NCBI RefSeq assembly: GCF_006345805.1
Contig: NC_043022.1
Span: 10,478,001-10,542,000 of the forward strand
Source of the DNA: Octopus sinensis
Lineage: Eukaryota
Reading direction: 5' to 3'
Length of the DNA: 64,000 nucleotides
Shown here: one piece after another, positions 11,601 through 25,100 of the stretch
Numbering within the stretch: position 1 is the first letter of the stretch
Layout of the letters: each line of letters starts with the position of its first letter
Program-made: the position numbers and the translations under genes
Notes under the pieces: model-generated
Told to the model about the DNA's origin: nothing
Databases searched by the model: none
What the model saw: only the letters and a program-made list of their open reading frames with translations

Positions 11601-14600
11601 GCACTGTTTGCCATCTAATTATTATTATTATTTTCTTTTGCAGTTTGATTATCTCATGCTGCTACAATCTTCTGCAGAATCCCAGTATAACTCGGCAGAA
11701 GGAAACAAAGGAGGTTATTGGCAACATACTCGGTGTGCTGGTGAAACGTCATAACCGAGCATTATGTAATTAATCCTCATCTCTTTCTGTCTTTGTAGTG
11801 TAGTGATTGTAATGACAGCAATGAATGGGACAGATTCTGTGTGTGTGTCTGTCTGTCTCCCTATCTCTCTCTCTCTCTCTCTCGTCCCATTTCTGTAATA
11901 TAATGTGTTTGCAAGGAGACCAGATATGTGTGTATGTGCCCAGTTTTGTGTGTCTATTCAATTATTGTCCATGCCCACGACAACCTTGATTAAGTAGACC
12001 TGTGGTCAAAATTACTCCAGCCTGGGCCCTCCCATGTTTTTTCATAAACAGTGTGTTTAAGGCTACATTATCTTGTGTGTTTTTTAAGATGGACATGATT
12101 TAAGGGGAAATTTGACTGCTGGCTTTAGCAGGTGAATTAAACAGCTGAGGCTCCTTCCCTTGGTTTATGTTCGGCAAAAGGGTCCCATATAATAAGTTTC
12201 AGGCATATACAAAAAAAAGTACCTGGGTCGATTTGTTCAAGTAAACCCTTCAAGGTGATGCCCCGGCATGGTCTCAGGCCAATGACCGAAATAAGTAAGT
12301 GTGGAAAAGATTCACTTATCTGTAGTTTTTGTTGATGTTGGTGTTCTGATAATGATTTCACATTTTGGTACAAGGCCAGCAATTTCGGAGCATGGATCAA
12401 GTCAATCACATAGACCCCAGTGCCCAACTGGTACTTTATCAAGGACGAAAGGCAAAGTCAGCCTCAGCGGTATTTGAACTCAGGCGGTGAGCTGGCTGAA
12501 ACGTTAGCATGCCGGGCAAAATGCTTAGCGGTGTTTCGTCTGCCGTTACGTTGCGAGTTCAAATTCCGCCGAGGTCGACTTTGCCTTTCATCCTTTCGGG
12601 GTCGATAAATTAAGTACCAGCTACGTACTGGGGTCGATGTAATCGACTTATCCCTTTGTCTGTCCTTGTTTGTCCCCTCTGTGTTTAGCCCCTTGTGGGT
12701 AATAAAGAAACACATACATACATACATATACACGACAGTCTTCTCTAAGGGTTCTGTCTACCAAATCCACTTACAAGACTTTGATCAAACCAGGGCTAGT
12801 AGAAGACACTAGCCCCTTGTGGGTAGTAAAGAAATAGGTATTTGAGCTCAGAACGTAGCGACGGGTGAAATACCATTATGCATTTCGTCCAGTGTGCTAA
12901 TGATTCTGCCAGCTTGCTGCCATGGTGTTCTGATAATAATCCTTTTTACTATAGGCACAGGGCCTGAAATTTTGGGGGAGCGGGATAGTCAATTACATTG
13001 ACCCCCCCCCCCCCAATGCTCAACTGGTACTTATTTTATCGACCCCGAAAGGATGAAAGGTGAAGTTAACCTCAGCAGAATTTGAACTCAGAATGTAACA
13101 ACAGGCAAAATACCTATTTCTTTACTACCCACAAGGGGCTAAACACAGAGAGGACAAACAAGGACAGACAAATGGATTAAGTTGATTATATCGGCCCCAG
13201 TGTGTAACTAGTACTTATTATTTAATCAACCCCGAAAGGATGAAAGGCAAAGTCGACCTCAGCAGAATTTGAACTCAGAACGTAAGGCGAAATACTGCTA
13301 AGCATTTCGTCCAGCACGCTAACAATTCTGCCAGCTTGCCATCTTAGGTGTTCTGATAATAGTGGAAATGTTTTTATTATATTCTGTCTGTTTGTCTTCC
13401 AGGTAACAGTTTGAGGATTTTGCAACTCCTACAACGTCATGAACATACCATCAGCTCACTTGTACAGATAACCGAGATCATTGTTACTAAGTACGGTGCA
13501 ACCAACATAGTGTTTGAGATAATGAGGTTGGTAGGCTCAAGGTTATTGCTTTTCATTCTGTTTTGTTTTGTTTTTTTATTGCAAGAACATTTATTGTTAA
13601 TATTTGTAGCTTGTTTGAGGCTTTTTAATGATTTTTCATCTTATTACATCAAATATCAAAATATGTGAAAAAGTTAAATTGAACTTATTATTTGAACCAG
13701 CCCTATCCATCCCAAATGTTATTATTTGAACCAGCCCTATCCATCCCAATTGTTCTACTGGTTTTATGTTCAAACCAACCAGATCTGGCCACTCACACTT
13801 ACCCTACAATGTCATTCTAAAAATAAACAATCACATCATTGAAATCTCAAATCTATGAGATAATAGATGATTATTCCAAAGCAATGTGAATAAATAATTA
13901 CATTTGACAGAATAATTTGAATGCTAAAAGATTAAAGCAAGTCTAAGAATAACAATGGAACATTTACCGTATTTACATTATTTACATTTGACGGATATTT
14001 GTCATCATCTTGTTTGTTGCTAACACAATGTTTCGGCTGATATACCCTCCAGCCTTCTTCAGGTGTCTTGGGGAAATTTCAAACCTGGGTTCTCATTCCT
14101 AAGGTATTTTTCAATGTTGTTATTATTATTATTTTTGTTCAGGTCACTGCTTGGAATCGAACGTGGAATCTTGGGGTTAGTAGCCCGCGATCTTAACCAC
14201 TACGCCATATACCCACCAGCATATGGCGTAGTGGTTAAGAGCGTTGGCTACTAACCCCAAGATTCCGAGTTCGATTCCAAGCAGTGACCTGAACAAAAAT
14301 AATAATAATAACAACATTGAAAAATACCTTAGGAATGAGAACCCAGGTTTGAAATTTCCCTAAGACACCTGATGAAGGCTGGAGGGTATATCAGCCAAAA
14401 CGTTGTGTTAGCAACAAACAAGATGAGGACAAATATTTGTTGAATGTAAATAATGTACATAATCCCTCATCTCTTCAATATGGAACTGTATTTGATGGCA
14501 TATAAAATGTGCTTATTTCCAAACAATAAATCCCCAAAAGTCAGCCCAGCTCCTGTATACAGAGTCAGGCTTCTCCTGAGCTGATTTTGTCCCTGATGCT

Positions 14601-17600
14601 CACTTCATCCTGAATATGTACTGCTGAAACTGGGTGCATCTAATGTGATTGTGCATCTTATGCTATCAAACTCAGTATTGAGAATAAGATCAGATTTATT
14701 GTAAAGGTCATGTCAACTCGGGCTTGGAGTTTGACCTGACAGCTGATTCAACCTTTGAAGAAAAAAATTCATTCCTGGGGTTTGTAATTTCCAGCATACA
14801 AGTCAATGTAGTGTATATTGTAATCATGTATTTCAAACATTCAAACATTGTCACAATCTTTCCAAATCTTGCATTTCACATGGAATTTTTGGCCTGCTAA
14901 AGTTATCTTGGTGTATAAGTTGGTCTAACTTTTTGGGGCTGTTAATTTTGGTCTGAAAAATTTGATTTCCACGCCAGAAAATAGAGTAAAATATGAAAAC
15001 AGGAGGAAAACCTCATTAAAAGAAGCTGCTGTTGGGGTAGTGATTTATATTTTACCACCATCCGAGCGTTATCGTTGCCAGAGCGGCTAACTGGCTTCCG
15101 TGCCGGTGGCACGTAAAAGGCACCGCACTACTGGCACCTGTGCCGGTGGCATGTGTAAAAAGATTCGAGCGAGGTCGTTGCTAGCACTGCCTGACTGGCC
15201 CCTGTGCCGGTGGCACGTAAAAGCACCCACTACACTCTTGGAATGGTTGGCGTTAGGAAGGGCATCCAACTGTAGAAACTTCGCCAGATCAAGATTGGAG
15301 CCTGGTGCAGCCATCTGGTTCGCCAGCCCTCAGTCAAATCGTCCAACCCATGTTAGCATGGAAAGCAGACGTTAAACGATGATGATGATGGTGATTTATA
15401 TTTTACTGGTTTCTATGAAATGCAAGCTTTATGTTATTCAGAATGTATGAAACAAGTTACCGAGGTTGGAAGAAATTGAGAATGTATGTCATGTGATGCA
15501 TGGCCCCCTGGAAATATATCCCATGTAATACATGTGATACATGATACATGCAAAGGGTTAATGACTGGAGAGTTTTCTGTGTGTGTGTTATTGATTTTTG
15601 ATACTGATTTCAACTTCTAAAATAATGTAAACATTCTTTTTACGTACTTAGAGAGATTGGTCGTTTGGATTCTAAGGAGATCAGCAATAATTCGTCCGGT
15701 ACGAAAGCATACGCTACTTTTCTAGTTGATCTTTCTGCCAAGATACCACAAGCGGTCTTCCAAAATATTAGCGTATTGATGCCCTGCTTGGAGATGGACG
15801 TAAGTATGAACAAGTTCTGTATTGTTTAACTCAATAACCCACAACTCATCTCTGAGAAGTTTTTTTAAGTGACATTACATATACATTATTATACATAAAT
15901 AGATGTCTTTTATTGGCAATATGTCTTAATCCTTTAATATTTAAACTGGCTAGATCTAGCCTCTCACACCAACCCTGCAATGTCATTCTGAAGTTACATC
16001 ATCAATATCTCAGAGTTGCAAAATGATGCATGATTGCTTCAGAGCAATGTGAATAAATGAAAAAGCATTACATTTGACAAATCTGAATGCTAAAGAGTTA
16101 AGCAAATGCCTGCTTACTGTAAATAAATGTCTTTTATTACCACTTGCCTTAATTTTTCCCTGAAATATTTCAAAATCCAGAGGTTTGTTCTCTGAATATT
16201 ATTGTATTTGGTAATGTGGTTATTATTAGGTCCAGCTTCTGATATTCTGATAACTTAGTCTTGGTGTTTAGTCTTAAGATAGGCACTCTGTCTTTTAGTG
16301 TAGTCTGAAGATAACTTTATCTCTGTACTTCCACCAGTCTCAGAAGCTTTGTAAAAGAGTCATGGTTGCTACTCTACTGACTCATACATGCATGCATGGT
16401 AGACCCAGGAAGATGTGGGACACACATGGTGAAGTATGATTTTTGGTTGCTGAGTCTCACGGAGGTGATGACAAGGACCAAGACCTTTGGCCATTTGCTG
16501 TGCTTGAGAAGATATGTCAAGCTAAGTGAAATCATAGTCCTGGCCAGAACCAGTGACAAGTAAATGACACCCAGTACACTCTGTGAAGTGGTTGACATTA
16601 GGAAGGGCATCCAGCCATAGAAACCAAGATAAAACAGACTGGAGCCTGGTGCAGCTCTCTGGCATGCCAGCTCCAATCAAGCCATTTTCTCCATGCTAGT
16701 ATGGAAAATGGATGCTATTCATCACAATATATTTCAACGATGTGGAAATTTTAGTCATCAAAGTAAATACCATTACAATCAACATATTTGAAGTTGAAAA
16801 GCAAAATTGCTCGAATATCGCATTTTGACAATTCCGTTTCAGATGATTGTAACAATGGTGAAAAAAAATATCAATGTGAATTTATTGATGCATTTGAACA
16901 ACTCTATTTCTGTATTATCAGATAATTGCACAAAAATGTGCAAAATAGTTCAAAACACTGCAAAAATCCAATACAAATTCATGGTTCAAAACGTTGCTTT
17001 TTACTCAACCTGATAGATGATGATGATGATGACAATTATGAGGAGAAAACAGGAGGGGGCTTGGTACAGTGGTTAAGGTGTTGCACTCACAGTCACACAA
17101 GATTGTGATTTCAATTCACAGACACTTCATTTCATGTTGCTCAGTTCTAATCCACTCCACTCAGCTGTAAATGTGTAACACTACGACAGACTGGCATTCC
17201 ATTCTGGGATAATGTTGGCCTGCTTGTCCAGACAGCAGTTTTGCATCATTTGAAAGCTACAACAATGCAAGGAAGCACATTGTGACCAGTGGTGTATAAC
17301 AACATGTGAAGGCACCTGGCTTAGTGGTTAGAGTATTCAGCTTATGATTATAAGGCTATAAGTTTGATTCCCAGTGGTACACTGTCATGTAAGGGCCAGC
17401 CTTATCTCATTCTGTGTTACACTGAATCCCCCTGAGAACTATGCTAAGGATGTGTGTGTTTGTGGGATGCTCAACCACTTATACTTCAATTTCATGACCA
17501 AGCTGTTCTGTTGATTAGATCAACTGAACATTTGTCTTCGTAACCAATAGAGTGCCGGTATAACAATATCCATTCTTGATACATTAATAATATATTTATT

Positions 17601-19124
17601 TAATAATAATTTATTTATTTATTAATAATATATTTATTATATTAATTTGTAATATTATATATTACAGAGATATACTTGCATAGCAAGTGACTTGATCTGA
17701 GATCGTGTGCAGCATGGAAGGTGTTTATAAGCCATTTAAAAACACACAAAAACTGTTAGATTCACTTCAGCATCTAAATTTAATTTGTCAAAATATTTTC
17801 GTTGCTTCGAAACTGCAACCTGTTCACTGACAAAATTCTGCGATGCATCTTTGACAAATTAAATATAAGTGTTGAAGTGAATCTAACATTTTTTATGTGT
17901 TTTTAAGTGGCTTGTAAATACCTTCCACACTGCAATTGTGTGTGTGTGTGTGTGTGTGTGTATATCAAAATAAGCAACAAGAATAACTTCAGTAATTTCG
18001 ACAGAGCATAGTACCTTGAGAGAAATGTTGTACCTAAGAAGCATCAGTTGTGGTGTGCAAGAAAGACGATTGTGCTGGTATGGTCATGTGGTGAGAATGG
18101 ATGAAGATAGGTGTGTGAAAAAGTGCCAATCCCTGGCAGTTGAGGGAACCCGTGGAAGAGGTAGACCCAGGAAAACCTGGGACGAGGTGGTTAAAGCACG
18201 ACCTTCGAACTTTAGGCCTCACTGAGGAAATGACCAGCGACCGAGACCTTTGGAAATATGCTGTATGTGAGAAGACCAGGCAGGACAAGTGAGCCCAGCC
18301 CACTTATGCATGCCTTTCCTCCTTTGGACACACAAAGACCTGTTGAGGCAAGCGAAGTCGATATCGAACCTCATCCGATGACAGGCACTCATGCCAACCC
18401 CCTTTGCTTGTGAAGACCTGTTGGGGCAAGTGAAATCGGAATCGAAATTGAACCAATCTTATGACTAGCACCCGGCAGATGCCAGGACCCCTAGACTGGT
18501 GGTACGTAAAAAGCACTATCTGAATTGTGGCCGATGCCAGCGCCGTCTCGACTGGCTTCCGTGCCGGTGGCACGTAAAATGCACCAATACAACCGTGGCC
18601 GTTGCCAGCCTCGCCTGGCACCTGTGCGGGTGGCACGTAAAAAGCACCATCCAAAGCCAGTGCCGCCTCGACTGGCTTCCGTGCCGGTGGTACGTAAAAT
18701 GCACCAATCCAACCGTGGCCGTTGCCAGCCTCGCCTGGCACCTGTGCGGGTGGCACGTAAAAAGCACCCACTACACTCACAGAGTGGTTGGCGTTAGGAA
18801 GGGCATCCAGCTGTAGAAACATTGCCAGATAAGACTGGAGCCTGGTGCAGCCTTCTGGTTTCCCAGATCCCCGGTCAAACCATCCAACCCATGCTAGCAT
18901 GGAGAACGGACATTAAACGATGATGATGATGTTTCACGCTACATCATTTTATTAAATGTTGTATTATAACAGTTTTAAAATGTTGAACAATCATCAGCCA
19001 TTGATGATTGCTCAACATTTTAAAACTGTTGTAATACTTACAACATTTAATAAAATGATGTAGCGCGAAACGATTGTACCAAATTACTGAAGTTATTCTT
19101 GTTGCTTATTTTGATTATAATCAC

Positions 19125-19164
<40 letters not shown>

Positions 19165-22100
19165 GTAAATTTGTGGTTTTGTAAGAAGTAATTATTATTG
19201 AATGATTCTTTATTTATTTTTTGTTTTTGTTGTCATTTCTAGTCTAGCATAATGAGAAACTGTATTCTTTGTGTTATCAAAGAGATTATTGTAAATGTGC
19301 TGAGTTCAGAGAATTTGGAAGCTTCTTTGAAAAAAACCAAGGACCAATTCTTCACTATTCTCAAGGTAAGGTATCCCATTCATGTTAACCACACTTTTAC
19401 TGTGTATTGTCTGCTGTGGTGCTGTCATGGCTGTGTGGTTAAGTTTGTAACCACATAGTCTTGGGTTCGGTCCCACTGTGCAGCACCTTGAGCAAGTGTC
19501 TTCCACTTAAGCTCCAGCCCAATCAATGATTTGTATGTAAGTTATTTTATTAAATTCTTTGTTATATTTAAAATAATTGAAAGAAACACAGAGCATCTCA
19601 AAATAAATACAGTAATGAAAGGGTTAAAGAAAATGCCTTTTTTTTTGTTTTCTCTGTGTGTGTCTGTGACTTTCTGAGACAGCTGAGAAAGTTGGATGCT
19701 AGTTGTGCTATTGTTGTTTCATCCCAGGGCCACCCTGGTTGAGTAGACCTATCAAAGGCATTCAAGTTGTGACCATCTGGTCTTTTTCTACATAATTCAT
19801 CTCAGATGCCCTTCGTGTGTGTGTGTATTTCCACTTGGGTTTATGTGTGACCATGTAGGTGGTATTGATCTTGGTTTAAGTCTATGTGTGGGTTTGTATG
19901 TATGTGCATACAGGAGTAGCTGTGTGGTAAGTAGCTTGTTTACCAACCACATGGTTCCGGGTTCAGTCCCACTGCGTGGCACCTTGGGCAAGTATCTTCT
20001 ACTATAGCCTCGGGCCAACCAAAGCCTTGTGAGTGGATTTGGTAGACGGAAACTGAAAAGAAGCCCGTCGTATATATGTATATATATATAAGTTTGTGTG
20101 TCTGTGTTTGTCCCCCTAGCATTGCTTGACAACCGATGCTGGTGTGTTTATGTGCCCGTTACTTAGCGGTTCGGCAAAATAGAATAAGTACTGGGCTTAC
20201 AAAAGAATAAGTCCCGGGGTCAAGTTGCTCGATTAAAGGCGGTGCTCCAGCATGGCCACAGTCAAATGACTGAAACAAGTAAGACTAAAGGAATATCATC
20301 ATCATCGTTTAACGTCCGCTTTCCATGCTAGCATGGGTTGGACAGTTCAACTGGGGTCTGGGAAGCCAGAAGGCTGTACCAGGCCCTGTCTGATCTGGCA
20401 GTGTTTCTACAGCTGGATGCCCTTCCTAACGCCAACCACTCCGTGAGTGTAGTGGGTGCTTTTTACCTGCCACTGACACAGGTGCCAGACGAGGCTGGCA
20501 GACAGCCACAATCGGATGGTGCTTTTTACGTGCCACGGGCACGGAGGCCAGTCGGGGCAGCGCTGGCAACGGCCATGTTCGGATGGTTCTCTTACGTGCC
20601 ACCGGCACTGGTATCACAGCTGCAATTTCCATTGATGTTGATGTGTATGTGTGTATATATATATGTATCATCGTTTAATGATGATGATATATTGAATCAT
20701 CTGCATAAGTCACACATACCCAGCTATATATATATATAAAGTTAATCCAAACAAGAAAGCATAAAAGAACATGCAAGGACTTGGAACAAATATAGTATTA
20801 TTGGACGCTCAGGAAAGAAGGAGGGTTTAACGTTTCGAGCAGAGCTCTTCGTCGGAAATATAGGAGAAGGAAAGATCCAGAGAAGGGAAAAAATCGCCAA
20901 CGGTACACACGCGGTCACATTTTGAATGTATATATATATGTGTGTGTGTGTCTGTGACTCTGAGTATGGCAGTATGACAAATATATGCAGTGTGATTATG
21001 GGGTGTAACATGTATGTGTATAGGTAAATTTAAATGTGTGTGCACACATAACACTCAATCATTTTACAATTGCAGAGGAGTAAATGCTTAACAACCCATG
21101 ACTTCAAAACTTCCAACTAAACCATCAACATTTGTTTATTTCTAGGACCATGTCCACGATGTGCATGCTTTCGTAAGAAGTAAAGTTTTACAGATTTGGC
21201 TTGAGATTGTCCAACAGCAGGTCAGTTATTGTTTTTGTTTCCACCCTAATTATTTGTTTTCTCGTATTGGAGTCTGCATTCACAGGGTTGTGTATATGAA
21301 TGTATGTATATAATCTATTTGTATATGTATATATGTATTTTTTATTCGTGGCACGTAAAAAGCACCCACTACACTCACGGAGTGGTTGGCGTTAGGAAGG
21401 GCATCCAGCTGTAGAAACATTGCCAGATTAGACTGGAGCCTGGTGCAGCCTTCTGGCTTCCGAGAACCCCGGTCGAACCGTCCAACCCTTGCTAGCATGG
21501 AGAACGGACGTTAAACGACGATGATGAATATCTATATAATGTGAAGGCATTTGGCTCAGATGTTAGGGTATTCAACTTAAGATCTTACAATTGTGAGTTC
21601 GATTCCCGGCCATGTGTTGTGTCCTTGAGCAAGACACTTTATTTCATGTTGCTCCAGATCCACTCAGCTGGCAAAAATTAATTGTACCAGTAATTCAGAA
21701 AGGGCCTGCCTTGTCACATTCTGTGTCGCACTGAATCGCTCTGAGAACTATGTTAAGAGTACACATGTCTATAGAGTGGCCAACCAGTTGCACATTAATT
21801 TCACAAGCAGGCTATTCTGTTGGTCCGGTCAACTGGAACCCTTGTCACCATAACTGACGGCAAACCAGTCATTTGTATCATAGGTGCAGGTGTGGCTGTG
21901 TGGTTAAGAAGTTTCTTCACTTCATGGTCAGTCTCCATGTGTAGCATCTCGGAGGCAAGTGTCTTCTACTATATCCCTCAGCTGACCACAGCCTTATGAA
22001 TAGATTTGGTGTCTGTGAATGAGTGTGACTGTCATACAAGCAGTGTCACTCGTTTGCAGTGTTGTGTGAGAACATGCTTGGCCATGGGGGAAATATCACC

Positions 22101-25100
22101 ATCCCTGGCAGAGTGAACTCGATGATGATGATATTCCTGAAAATGTGGCTCAGTCATACCCAAAGACTCAGTCTTCAGTGATGTGACTATGCTGATTATA
22201 AAAACTATACATATAATAGAAGATAAACCTAGCCTGAATAGGAAACTGGAATGGAACACTTGCACACACCACGGCATATGACAGAAGAAGATCCCCATAA
22301 ACTGGTAACACTATAAACAAAACTAAAAACATAATAATAAAATACACAAATAAATAATCAAATGGAAGTAAATAACTATATACATTAAAAGTAATAATAA
22401 TTAGGTGTAAACATATGAACAAAATAAAAATACACAAAAACAAAAACAAATTACACGAACGTATATAAACAGAAGATACAAATATTACATGCACTCCCCC
22501 CCACACACTAACTAAACATAGACACACATAGAGGTATACGCATGCGCAAATGAAGACATACAATAAGAATACAAAATACAAAATGGCTGACCGTTAAGTA
22601 AGGAGAGACACAAATAAGAAAGAAGAAAGCAAAGGACCACTGATGAGGTCACAGAAATGTGACGAAAGAACTCTGGCTGAAATAAGATTAAGATTAATGT
22701 AAAAAATAAATAACGCTGAAGCAAAGTAACACCAAATACATAGTGCGTGTGTTTTTATTGGCTAAACTGGCAAAATGACCATTTCTAAATACAACAATAT
22801 TCTGTGATAGTTGTCTCAAAATTCTAATAACTTTTCCTGGTTCTGGTAAACTGTAACTACGTGCAACTATGTTCAACTATGGCTGCATAATTAAGTAGTT
22901 TGTTTTATAACTGCGTAGTTTTAGTTTCAGTCTCGCTGTGTGGAACTTTATGCAGGTGTCTTCTGTTGTGCCAGGTTGACCAAAGCTCTGTGAGTGAATT
23001 TGGTGGATGGAAACTGAAAAGAAGCTTATTGTAGTTATGTGTGTGCCCTTAGCTTGAAGTTGAATTGCATGCTAATTATAAACATATGTCCCTGGTTTGC
23101 AAGAAGAGTTGTTTGTTTGCAATCTTCCATAAAAACCTGGGAGAAAGTATTACATTGCTTGGAAATGGGTGTCATTAAGCAAGAGCATCCAGCTGTAAAA
23201 GGTCTGCTTCAACGTATTACCTCCGACCCATGCGAACATGAAATAGGAGATGTTAAAACGATGATTTATGGAAAATGTATCGTTTTGTTTACTGTTATTT
23301 TATTTGATATAGTTTATTTCATGTTTCTATTTTGGAAGAAATATAAAACCAAACTAACCTTTCTTTTTCAGTGTTTACCATTATCTCATCAAGAAGAACT
23401 CACAGGTCTTGTAGTGGGTCGTTTGAATGATAAAGCAGCTAATGTCCGGCGCTATTCCATTCAGCTTTTGACTGCTTTGCTCCAGATGAATCCCTTTGCA
23501 CATAAGGTTTGTGTTTGTCAGGTCCCTACTTTATCATTAAAATAGGGTTCTTCCATTTTAGTTGCTTTTTGTTCAAGTTTTACTGTTTGTTAACTGATGA
23601 AGGAATGTAATTAAGAAATGGAAAATATTGCATTGATTAATTAATTTGGATGAAGGAGCAAGGAGAAAAAACTTCCTTCCTTAGGCCTATAAGAGCTGGC
23701 AGATATCTGACTTCCAGTAGAGACAGAGTATATTGATTGCATCAGTGATCAGACTAGATGAACTTTTTGGGATATTATAGCATAAGATATGGTTTAGAAC
23801 TAGACCCTCCACCACCACCACCATACACATTTTTTTTATATATTACTTTTTACTTGCTGAGCCTGAAGGTAGGAACATTTTCCATGATGAGGATGATTTT
23901 TGCAGGTCTTTCAAGACTAAGCAACTCCAAAATAGTAAACACCAGTTGCAGTAAATTCTAGCATTATTGTCTGCCAGGTGCAGGTATGGCTCTATGGTGA
24001 GAACATCACTTCTCAATTACATGGTTTAAGATTCAGTCCCATTGCATGGCACCTGTGGCAAGTGTCTTCTGCTAGCCCTGGGTTGACCAAAGTCTTGTAA
24101 GTGGATTTGGTAGACAGAACCCTTTGAGAAGACTGTCGTGTATATGTATGTATGTATGTGTTTCTTTATTACCCACAAGGGGCTAAACACAGTGGGGACA
24201 GACAAAGGGATAAGTCGATTACATTGACCCCAGTGCATAGCTGGTACTTAATTTATCGACCCCTAAAGGATGAAAGGCAAAGTCAACCTCGGCAGAATTT
24301 GAACTCAGAACATAACGGCTACGCATTTCGCCCGGCGTGCTAACAGTTCTGCCAGCTCACCGCCTTATGTATGTATGTATGTATGATCAGACGGACTCCA
24401 AAGGGGCTGGCATTGATCTTTATCGTCAAGATTTAGGTTAATTAGTAACATCAATGAAAAGTACAGTAAACTTGTATGGAATAGAAAAGTTTTGGACAGT
24501 CTTTCTTTAGGGAAAAGGTTGAGAGGAGAGAAATTATTGAGACAGTAGAGCTGTGCATCCTCCAAATTAAAAAGAATTAGCAGCAAGTGATTTGGAACAT
24601 GGGATTAAATGCTGTTCATACATGATCAAGATGTGGTTGGAGAAACAGTGTGAGAAGGTAGAAGGAAAGAAGAATATAATGAGGGGGAGAAGCAGGCAAA
24701 GTACCTTTGCCTCACTCGCAACTTTGCCTGCTTCTCCATTGAAAATCTACCTCTAGAAAAGTCTGGCCTGTGCAAGCATGGAAAAATAGACGTTAAAATG
24801 ATGAAGATATACTTGTGCCATTCACCTAAGCATTCTGGTTCTTCTACTGTTATTGCTCTCTCTCTCTCTCTCTCTCTCCCCCCATCTGCCCTTTTGCCTT
24901 CTTGATTGTGTAGTGATGCTACTGTGCAAGTTTCATCGTGCATGCGCAGAATTGGATTACTTCTGGTAGGCCGCCGGAAGTTCCCTCATGCGCATGCGCA
25001 GGAACTGCAACCTGAAAGCGTCCCCGTTAAAATCGGTCTTTTTAGAAGAGCAGCCCTAACAAGTTCTCTCTTCGAAACAGGAATGAACACCGTATCTTCT

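Larger units (their letters stand above)
13970..14461. mobile_element. Palindromic element: two head-to-head tRNA-headed units with hammerhead motifs
   Basis: ~241-bp arms with a 10-nt spacer (14211-14220); A box TGGCGTAGTGG and B box GTTCGATTCC in each arm. Confidence 0.85.

Noticed and set aside
2616-11643. Intronic scaRNA (vertebrate NCAPD2 hosts SCARNA10/U85)
   Set aside because: I could not find a convincing C/D plus H/ACA structure or U5-antisense guide by eye. The TGATGA..CTGA pair near 6636-6674 is too short. An Infernal search would be needed.
14223-14293. Possible tRNA gene (also 27070, 33961)
   Set aside because: A and B boxes are present but there is no intact acceptor stem, and the sequence continues into a repeat body; these are tRNA-derived heads.
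18304-18900. Recurrent 'LQLDALPNANHSVSVVGAFYVP' ORFs throughout the window
   Set aside because: Antisense translations of the RTE 3'UTR repeat, not a gene family.
22140-22185. CTGAAGA plus hairpin on the minus strand, as another hammerhead
   Set aside because: No properly placed GAAA or NUH after the stem.
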